A stretch of DNA of 64,000 bases, taken from Marsupella aquatica (lineage: Eukaryota; Plantae; Marchantiophyta). Position numbers and translations under genes: made by a program. Positions 22,341 to 31,639 of the stretch are shown one piece after another; within the stretch, counting starts at the first letter, position 1, and every line of letters starts with the position of its first letter. The DNA is taken from assembly GCA_973895155.1 (NCBI GenBank), contig OZ316898.1:12365659-12429658 (forward strand), written 5' to 3'. The notes under the pieces were generated by a model, which saw only the letters and a program-made list of their open reading frames with translations, was not told the DNA's origin and ran no database searches.

Positions 22341-24542
22341 GCGCTTCCTGCTTTGACGATCGTGCTTGCTTGCTTGCTATTGTTTGACGCTCAATCATGC
22401 TTGCTTGCTACTGTTTGAAGCCCATATGTACCACGCATGGCACACCTTATCTGGTAGCGGTCGTAGCCGATGTGTTCCATAGACATTGCTTGCGCAAGTC
22501 ATATGCATTAGATTTGCCCATCGAGATTTGAAAGTAGTTAGACCGGGGAATTGTGTTTCATGTGAACTCATGAGTAGTTCTAGCATTTCTGTTTCACATG
22601 CACTGAAGGCCTTTCTTGTACTCTGTCACATCATGTCGATAGTTCAAAAGTTGCTTTCATTTCCAAGGATGCCTGGTAAAAAAACTACCTTTTACCTTCG
22701 TTCCTACGTTAAGATGCGTAGAAACTCTACTGTGCGACTTATGATTTGTAGGAGACGAATAAATCAGCTCTCTAGATACGGTGATCGGTGCCCTCTCGTT
22801 GTGTCCTGTCCTAGCATAGCTGTGTCCATTCGCTGCATACGGGTCGCGATCGTCATGGTTGTTGCTTCAGGATTTAGTTGAGCATTTGGAAGCTGTCTCT
22901 GTCTGTTCCCATGTTCTGATTCAATTATAATGACTAAAGTTTTTGCCGTTTCTCTTTGCAGCGCTTTACGAACAGGCTCTGAAGCACGAGAAGAGTTTGT
23001 ACATCACCTGGACAGGGGCTCTTGCCACGCTTTCCGGGGCGAAAACTGGCCGATCTCCGAAGGACAAACGTGTTGTCAAGGAAGACACTTCCAAGAATGA
23101 TTTGTGGTGGGGCAAGTAAGTGTAAATCCTCTATTTCCGTGAGTTGATTGCAAAAAAGGGATCCACACTTGAATATGTTGTAGCCCATTGATGCGCTCAT
23201 CTCTGTAGTGTCTTTGATGTAGTAAATTCTCTATTTGGTGGTCTGGTTCTTCTACCTCCTCATCTTCCTCCGCCTTTGCCTCTTCGCGCTCCTCGTCGTC
23301 ATTGGCGCTGCCTTGGTTACGGCCAACCGATCTCCACATCCTGTCACTCTCCCATCTCTTGCTACTTCTGCCCTGCACCAATCAAAATTTGCCACCAATC
23401 CCTCCACACGAACACAAACTCTTCACAGCAGCCTTCCCCAAAACCACAAACCTCATTGAATTCTCCCCAGATGACAAAACATACGCAGATGCTGCGACTG
23501 ATGAGCATCTGCTATTCCCAAAATTCCACTATTCCGTTACTGACTGGCTCCTGGAATTTGGACCAGCAACAAATTCAGCACACACGAAATCCTTTGCTGT
23601 CGAGAGGACACTCCAAACCTAACTCGCTTTTTATCGACTGCCTTACACGGCCTTTCCTACTTTTCTGCTCCTCTCCTCGCCTCTCCACACCTCTCTCTTC
23701 TCTGTGTCAACCTTATGATGCACCCCGACCACAAAATCCTTCACCAGCACACTTTTACTTCTTCTACAAGCCAACGACTTCTCCCACGCAACGCGTTTCC
23801 ACAATGCAGCAATTGAGGCTCTTGAGTCTGGAGTTCCCCCTTGTTCCTTCATTCCTTTCGTGGATTTTGCTGCGCAAACAGAAGCTTTGGCAGTGAAGAA
23901 CATATACCCAATTTTGCCACGTTTGCCTTTGAGCATGGATTTTGCTTTTGCACTGAATCTATGATTATCATGGCTCCCACGTCACTCACTCCCTCATCAG
24001 AGCACAAGTTTCAAAAACCTCAGATGCTTCATTCGTCTACTGATGAGTAAACATGTGTTACCAACAAATAGCATTTGCAGAGGAGTAATTGCTGTAGCTA
24101 TGACCCAGCCCAAGCTTCCTCCAATGGTCAGCCAGATTGGATGCTCTTCTATGGAACACAATCATAGTGAAACACTGCATAAATTAGACCAATGTGTAAT
24201 GTAGGAAGGACACCATAGCTATGAGAGGTCCATGATCCTATTCAGGTTAGCTATTCAGGTTAGCTATTCAGGTCTGTTGAGCCCAATTATTTGTTTATTG
24301 CTGTCGTAACATGCATCATGGCCAATTGGTTGTCTTCAGTGCTTGCAGCATTTGAAACTTATTGAACTGGTGGTTTTAATTTTGTTCACAGGTTGCAAAA
24401 GCAATCAGTGCTTGTAGCTGTGAGCACCAGCACTTGCGGTGAAGCAGTTTGCTAGAGCACATACTGTACCTAGTGAATTGTAAGTTGCCTGTCATTGCAC
24501 GTCTGATCGCCTGGCCATTCACCGAGTAAAAAAAATAGTGCC

Positions 24543-24941
24543 ATGGCTAAATTGGGCATTACATTAGAAGCGAATTATGAGAAGCTCCTTTTGCAGCATC
24601 CAGATGAATGCTGCTGGTGCGAATCTTGTGTGAAGTGCAGGGTTGGTGATGGCAATTTTGAATGGTTCCATTGCTTCTGCTTGAAAATGCGTGGAAGACT
24701 TGTTACTAGGACATACATGGGAAAGCATGGCAAAGTTGTCACACGTCGCTGGAGGTGCTCTTGTATAAGGCCAACCATTTGGCCTCAAAATGAGTGTCTT
24801 TTACGCAAGATTGTCATCCCGGACACGCTTGACATTGTAGTCCTAGATAGTATTCCACATATAACTGAGCTTGATATTGTAGCCCCAGATAGTATTCCAG
24901 GTCAAGCTAAGGTTACAGCCCATGGATGCTTGACATTGTAG
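24543..24941 (+). CDS. Small Cys/His-rich transposon cargo protein, 132 aa, function unknown
   Basis: ATG in good context (GCCATGG); CCWCESCVKC...HCFC...CSC; repeated LDIVVLDS/LDIVAPDS; splice-like sites upstream (acceptor ~24391). Confidence 0.5.
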   Translation: MAKLGITLEANYEKLLLQHPDECCWCESCVKCRVGDGNFEWFHCFCLKMRGRLVTRTYMGKHGKVVTRRWRCSCIRPTIWPQNECLLRKIVIPDTLDIVVLDSIPHITELDIVAPDSIPGQAKVTAHGCLTL

Positions 24942-25283
24942 TCCCTGATAGTACATGGATGCGTTGTTCATGACTTGAGGTCCGGGATGACTAGGCCTTT
25001 GTTTGCAAGGCTGCAATTGTACCATCCATGATATATGAGAATAATTTTCATTCCCATTATGTGGCAAAGTTTCGCAAGCTGGCATTGTATTTATGTATGT
25101 CTTGGTTGGTGGGTGTCCAGGCTGCACTGTGTAGTTGACTTCATCTGGGAGGGAGGTTTGCAGATCATTGGAGCAGGTTTGTAACTACTTCAAATGTGGA
25201 TTTCTCCAAGTTCTATGGATTGCCCAGTATCATACATGTCCCTCTCATATGTGATGTGCTTTGTGATGATTTCAGTTGTAACC

Positions 25284-25943
25284 ATGCCGACAAGGACTTC
25301 AAACATAAAGAAAGCAACACAGTCCTCTTTAGAAGAGGTATTGTGTATTCCCTTGTTCTCTGAGCAAGAGATTCTACAAACCAGCCCTCATGTTTGTGCA
25401 ATTTGTGAGCATGGTGGGAAGTTGGTAATTTGTGATGGGCCATGTCACAGGCAATTTCATTATGTGGTTGGAGATGAAGCCCCTAATGACTCTTGCCCCT
25501 GTGTAGTCCTTCCCCTCCATCATGGAGGGAAGCCATGGTTTTGCCCAAATTGTAACCAGGACCAGGCCATGTGTTATGGGTGCCGCACTGTGGGACCGTC
25601 ACCTACAATTGTGCGAAAATGCTCTGATCATTTTTGTGTACGATTTTATTGCTTTGGGTGTTTGGTAGCTGCTGCAAAGTCCTGCCCACTGCATACATGT
25701 GTGACATGTTATCAGAGTCTTGAGGGTCAGATGGTCAAGAACATGGTACAATGTTTACGATGTCCAAATGCCTGGCATACAGATTGTCTCCAAATGATCA
25801 AAAGCAAAGGGTTTGCTCATGATAGGGACATCTGGGAACATGAAGCACATGGACAACAGCGACAGATGTTTTATTGCCCCTGTCATCCTATTGATCCACA
25901 CCTGAAGACTCCAATCAGGGACCACATTTCATGGCTCCAGTGA
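25284..25943 (+). CDS. Stand-alone EDM2-like composite PHD-finger protein, ~219 aa (ORF open from 25194)
   Basis: CAICEHGGKLVICDGPCHRQFH...WFCPNC, CYGC...C...C.RFY, CPLHTCVTC...CLRCPNAWHTDCL, and C-terminal YCPCHPIDPHLKTPIRDH. This matches the recalled EDM2 PHD cassette end (YC.EHEID..L.TPVRDH). ACCATG start just after a TTTCAG acceptor at 25275. Confidence 0.85.
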   Translation: MPTRTSNIKKATQSSLEEVLCIPLFSEQEILQTSPHVCAICEHGGKLVICDGPCHRQFHYVVGDEAPNDSCPCVVLPLHHGGKPWFCPNCNQDQAMCYGCRTVGPSPTIVRKCSDHFCVRFYCFGCLVAAAKSCPLHTCVTCYQSLEGQMVKNMVQCLRCPNAWHTDCLQMIKSKGFAHDRDIWEHEAHGQQRQMFYCPCHPIDPHLKTPIRDHISWLQ

Positions 25944-26442
25944 TCTGAATAATGAACAAACCTATTACTTAGGTTTCAACGTCTTAGTGGGGTATGAGCA
26001 AGGCATATACTTAAGCTGCATCATGGGTGGTAGTACCCAATTTTATTAGTGTTGACATTTTGTCATAATTACGGTCACTAATAGTGCTGCATTTTGATGA
26101 GCAAAAGCACTAAACCTCGGGAATTGTTAGAAAACTAGGCAAAAAGGATATTTTTTCTAAAGATATTTTATCCAACTTTAACGGTATATCATGATTTTCA
26201 CTGAATACATTTGCATGTATGATGGATTGCATTATAAAGTGTTTTGGCCTATTAGCACTTCTATTGTTAAATGTATGCTGACATTATGTACATTACTGAC
26301 ATGAGAATGTGTATGTTGTCATTGCATCTCTTGAAGATCCTAATGTGTTTCCCTTGTGTGTATTTCAAATGTATTTGTGCAGGTCTTTCTGTTATCGACT
26401 CCAAAAGCAATGGTGCTATGCATGTTCTAGATTTGTATTGCA

Positions 26443-29400
26443 ATGGCAGCCCCTAAACCCAACTCTGTTAAATTAATATGCAAAGTTGGGGATGACAAGG
26501 CTGATTTACCAATCTGTGTTTTGTCATTCAAAGAAGGACACACCCTACATGATTTTAGGGCTCGTATTGCCTCTACTCTAGACTTTGACTTCGATTTTTG
26601 GGATGAGAGACTTCCTGGTCGAGTGAAACTTGTACATGAGAAATTAATTGATCTGTCTGAGCTGGATGGAAGAGTTATTGTTGTACAACAAGAACTTGGA
26701 GATGGTGGGAGGATCCCACCAGTACCCTGTCATCCTTGCACTCCTGCATCATTGGGTCCAAATATTGAGACACCACAACTGAGGCCAACAGCACTAGCAC
26801 CCTCCCCTGTAAGGGCTTCTTTTGAGTCACAATTGATGAGAGATGTCCCATCAAAGCTATGGAAAGATGAGTGGATGAGGTTAGAGAAATGGGTACATAA
26901 GAAGGGTTATGGTGATCACAATTGGAGAATTCGTACCTGGGATGAGGGGACAGATGTTCGAGGGCATCTGGAGTGTCTTGAATGTAGGGAAACTTATGGC
27001 AATGCAGACAACTCTCAGAACCCTAAATCCATCTCCAATTGCTTTAGTAATTTTAAGACCAAACACTTGGTCTTCAATAAGCACAAGGATAACTATTGTC
27101 GGAGAAGGGGCATTCCTTCTACTTTGGTTCAGGTAGCAGACATCTCTGAGAAGCCAGAATATGATCATGCAGACGCCATCAAAGTAGGTGTTGAGATAGT
27201 TCAGCGATTGAATGCTGAGCTTGGGGATGATGGCAAACTATTCTCTATTGTTCCTGATCCCAGTACTCCTGAGTATGTAAACAGGTCTTTCCTGTTTAAG
27301 GTTCGCTGTACTGTCTGTGGAATGCTTCACACTGACTTGTGCCCCAAGAAGCTTACCTTGGAGCCCAATTTGAGGACACACTTAGTGAGTCGAGATCACT
27401 TGGATGCATTGGAGACTAGGCATGACACAAAAATGCTTGCCTTGAGGTCTGGGAAGAGGGGCAGGCCAAAGAGGACTGATTCTAGGGACCTACATCCTGG
27501 TCAGAGCGGGATTTTGAAGTTCTTTAAAGATGATGGGTCCCGGACAGGCAGCAGTTCAGGTTCAGGTTCAGGTGTGTGTGAATTTGTTGATCTTGGTCTG
27601 AGTTTGCTTTGCTGGGGATTATGGGTAGAGAGAGGTGTGCCTCGACTGTTATGGAAGGGTATATCTTATGATATTTCTGGCATTTTAGATGATCAGTCTG
27701 GGGGAATTACATGGCATTGTGAGCCAAGTTGTTGCTTGGATGTTTTCCATCCAAGTAGAGAGAGTGTTGTGAGTATAGCAGGCTGTTTTAGACACAAGGA
27801 TTGCTTGAGGTTATCACAGAATGGAGGAGGATTTGAAAATCTAACTTGTAGTGAATGTGATTCTATAACACTAGAAGATGATTTTCGTGGACGGGTGCAC
27901 AGGGAAGCGGAAGCAGTAGTCCACAGAGGGAGCCGAACCACTGCTGGTGGTATACGTTTGGATTATTTGACCAACACAGAGTTAAGAGATCAAGTGCACA
28001 ACCTGAACTCTGTGCGACGAAAAGAGCGTTGGTTGTTAGCTTTACAGGCTCAGAAAGTATGTGCCTTGAGCACCAGGAAACGAAAACTAGAGGAGTTGTT
28101 AGGAGTTGCAGCAGACAGGAAGGATTTGAGATTGTTTCTTAGGAGTATTTTGAATGGACACAGGAATGGTGCATTTGGTGGTAAGGAGGGTTTGTGGGAT
28201 TTCTTGAAGGATGTAGCTCACAATTTAGGCAGGAAGCCAAAAGGTAATCGTTACAGTAATAGGACTCGAGCTATTGCTCAGGCTATGTTCCAATTTGGGG
28301 GCCGTCAAGTTGCTCATTGTTTTGCACGAAACTTGACAGCCCCTAGCCTTGTGACCCTAAAACGTGATAGAGCAAAACTCACACCTTTTCGAACCGGGTT
28401 ACGGAAGGAAACCTTTCAGGAGATTGCTAGAGTGTTGTCTGCTGCAAAGCACTCATTGGGCATTGAGGGGGATGTGCCTGTTATCTTTGCTGAGGATGAA
28501 ACAAGGATCAAAGAACGCCCTAGGTAATTGGAACTGGACATTTTTCCAATTGTTTTTTTAATGACTTTACAAGTAGCACTTGGCTGGAATTGCTGTGATA
28601 TTGAAAAATTGCATGTCTGTGTTTCAGGTGGGAGGCAAAGTATGATACTCTCATTGGTTTCTGTGGACCTTCAGAGCAGCATGTATGCTCCTATGGTTTG
28701 GAAATTCTAGTTGGTGAAGGTGATGAGGGGTATGATAAAATTGTAAGTACATTTGAACAATGCCCCAAGTGCATGTATGCCCGAGTTGTGATTGTGAATC
28801 CTCTGCATGAGTCCTTACCTAAATTGGCTGTGTGTGCACTTCCAACTTGTAATAAGTTCACAGCTTCTTGGGTACGAGAGCATTGGGTCCAGTTAAAGGC
28901 TTTTTGGGATGAATATTGTAGAGCTATGGTAGGCCCTTTGCTTGGACATGCTAGTGATGGTGATGCACGTCGCCGAAAGCTGATGCTGGAAGATTACAGA
29001 GGGCAGAATGGATCATACCCAAGGTACGGAGTTGGGTGGGAAGGGTGGACATACTCTGTTTCAATTCTACCAAATGGAGATTTGTATGGCTTTGGTGACC
29101 AAGACCAACCTCATAATGGGAAAAAGATGATAAACCCCTTAGACAGAGTGTCTTCTTTACTGGTGCTAGGAGATCAACATGCATCTTTATCTTATGTAGC
29201 TAATGTCTACAATCATTATCCAATTCATGAACATGGCATGGCTTGGGCTCGGGGGTTTCACTTCCACAAAAATGGCACATCACGTGCGACGAAGTATAGG
29301 GTTGATTTATTGGTTTGAAGGGAAGACTTAAGAATTTTTGTAGAAGAACAATAGGGTCCTTTAAATTCAATTTTGAGACTTATAAGAACATTAGGGTCTT

Positions 29401-31333
29401 TTTAACCAAAATTTTGGAATATTCCAAGAATATTCAGAATATTCCAACTTTATAGGGGTTGAAAAATTAAAAAAAATTCTTATATTTTAGGGGGTCTGAG
29501 GCCTAAAAACGTCGCAGGGGATGGGGAGACATCCATATAGTGAGACCCCTGAGGGCTTGGGATGATGTGAATAGGACTGACCGGCAGAATTGGGCAGGTC
29601 CACAACGAATAGCAGCAAGAAGAGTGCAGCAATGTCTGAAAGATATGTATGAGAGGAGAGATGTACAACATGAACGAAGTTTAGGAACTCAGTTGTACTT
29701 GGAGATTTGTGCAGATTACTTAGATATTTTCTTTTCTCCAGTTCATGATTTGAGGTCCCGTATTGTGTTAGCATCCAAGGTTTCATTCTTTCTACGTTTG
29801 TGGAGATTGTGGTTGAGGTTTGGTGACCATTCAGTGGGTGGGAACTTTGCAGCACACACTGAGAAAGACATGATGTCTATTCAGGCTTTTCATGATGTTA
29901 ACATGTCATGTCATTTCATTGTGCTGTTAATTTGTGCCTTTCGAGATAAGTTCCCACATCTAGGTGTTCCCTTCCACTTGCTAGGTTCAGATTGTTGTGA
30001 GATTTTCTTCAGCAAGGTAGGAGGCATGAGTGGCCATGAGCGGAATTATGATTTTGGCTCTCTGTTGGATAGTGCTGTTGGACTGAACCGGCTTGCTGCC
30101 CTAGAATATGGACCAGAAGGCTTGAAGATAGGTCGTTCACATAAGAAACAAGATCATGTATGGGGGAAGATTCATCCTATAGGGGAAGGGGAGGAAGCAC
30201 CAAATCTACTTGACTATTCTCTCATTGAGACTAATGAATTAGTGGTTGCAGCCCTTAAAGAAGGTTTTGTTGCTGCTAAGGATCTTATGCATCAATTGCA
30301 GATGTCTCCACGAAGTTCCTTACCAGCAGCTAGAAAGAGATGGTGGACATGTCCTTGGGTTGTGGAAAGTGAGACCTGGCCACTAGAGGTGGTTCTGAAG
30401 GAAGCAATTGTTTGCAATGATTCTGAGGAGCAAGTAGAGCACCAACCACCAGACATAGGTCCTCGCCCAACTGGAGATTTTCATGAATTGGAAGATCCTG
30501 AGGATGATCTGAATAGAATAGATGCATGGTTAACAGAACCAGATCCCATTGTTGTTCCTGAGATGCATTCAGATGATGTACACAGAGATGATATACAGTT
30601 TGATGTAGACCCCTCAGATGAGCTTGAGACATTAGGTCATGAAGTTCGGCATGTGTTTGGATCAGTTGTCCATGCTGTAACTAATGTACAGAATCGTACC
30701 AAGGTAGTGCCTACTGTTACTTATGAAGGCAAGGTGATTTACAAATCCACTCTGGTAAGCCAGTTGGTAGGAAATCCGCATTTGTCAAAAGATAGGCTGA
30801 CAAGGGTGAAACAAGTGCTATACTATAGTACTGGCAAGAGAAAAGTGCAAGAAGTCAATCCTAACTCATGTTTTGTTGATGTTGGCACTGATTGTGCAAT
30901 TGCATTTGAGTCTGATGATAGTCCTGCTCCAAGTACTAGATCTGGAAAAAGAAAGGGAGGAAAGAATAAGGTTGTGGTGGAGGCAATCTCAGCAGGTAAG
31001 AAATATTTTTGGTTGGGTCGGATTGTCCAAATGAGACAGAAGTATGGCAGTAGGTGGGGCAATTGTCGGTCACCAATTGATTTGATGGATAGGCCAAATC
31101 CACTTGCAGGGCAATCAGGTAACATTTGTGAACTGTTGTTAAATTGGTATAGTCCTATTGGTAAGAGCAAAAGTGAATTCAGATATGATACCACTGATTT
31201 GAAATGGATGGATATTGAAATGGTCATTGCTAGTGTTAGTTTAACCATGAAAGAAGGGGTTATGGATCGTATCTATGTGTTGGATCCAATAGATAGACGT
31301 GCTTTGGATCAGTATCTTCAAACAATGGTATGA
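26443..31333 (+). CDS. P-element-like DDE transposase, ~1490 aa after splicing and MITE removal; currently interrupted by a MITE
   Basis: Exon 26443-28523, GT-AG intron 28524-28627, exon 28628-29247, then 29562-31333. Motifs APSLVTL, FAEDETRIK...WEAKYDTLIGFC, GHASDGD, DQPHNGKK (DxxH), DRQN, SDCCEIFFS. No other stops or frameshifts. Confidence 0.85.
29248..29553 (+). mobile_element. 306-bp MITE of the same family, nested in the transposase gene
   Basis: Ends CTCGGGGGTTTCAC...GTGAGACCCCTGAG; 8-bp TSD GGCTTGGG (29240-47, 29554-61). Both subterminal regions are homologous to the ends of 20892-31939. Confidence 0.93.
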
Positions 31334-31419
31334 ATATCATGTTACTGTTTAGTTTTTGAGAGTCTGTATATATGTTTTATTTTGTTAATATTAGTGGGTG
31401 TAGTGGGATAGGATAGGGG

Positions 31420-31479
31420 GTGACGGATTGGCAACTTGAGATCCTTTCTCAATTAGGGGTTCAATTCCCCTCCGTCACA
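31420..31479 (+). ncRNA. Compact tRNA-like (mascRNA/t-element-like) structure
   Basis: 7-bp acceptor stem GTGACGG/CCGTCAC; reduced D loop ATTGGCAAC; 6-bp stem TTGAGA/TCTCAA with a 5-nt loop; T arm AGGGG-TTCAATT-CCCCT; discriminator A. Confidence 0.6.
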
Positions 31480-31556
31480 TGTTACATCCCTCAACATAAG
31501 TTTTAAATGGAGTATGGATGGAGCATGGGATTGGTGATCAATGGGTGGAATGGATT

Positions 31557-31639
31557 ATTTATGTTGTGACCTTAAAGGCCATCCCACTTATGCACGTAAG
31601 GTTTATATTGGGATGACCTTTTAGGTACACAATATAAAT
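31557..31639. other. Imperfect ~30-bp hairpin in the transposon 3' region
   Basis: ATTTATGTTGTGACCTTAAAGGCCATCCCA pairs with TGGGATGACCTTTTAGGTACACAATATAAAT (one G:U, one bulge, two mismatches). Confidence 0.7.

Noticed and set aside
28528-28710. 60-aa ORF between the transposase ORFs
   Set aside because: It lies mostly in the GT-AG intron 28524-28627 and is out of frame with exon 2.
31420-31479. Canonical tRNA gene
   Set aside because: No D stem and only a 5-nt anticodon loop, so it cannot decode; kept as a tRNA-like structure.
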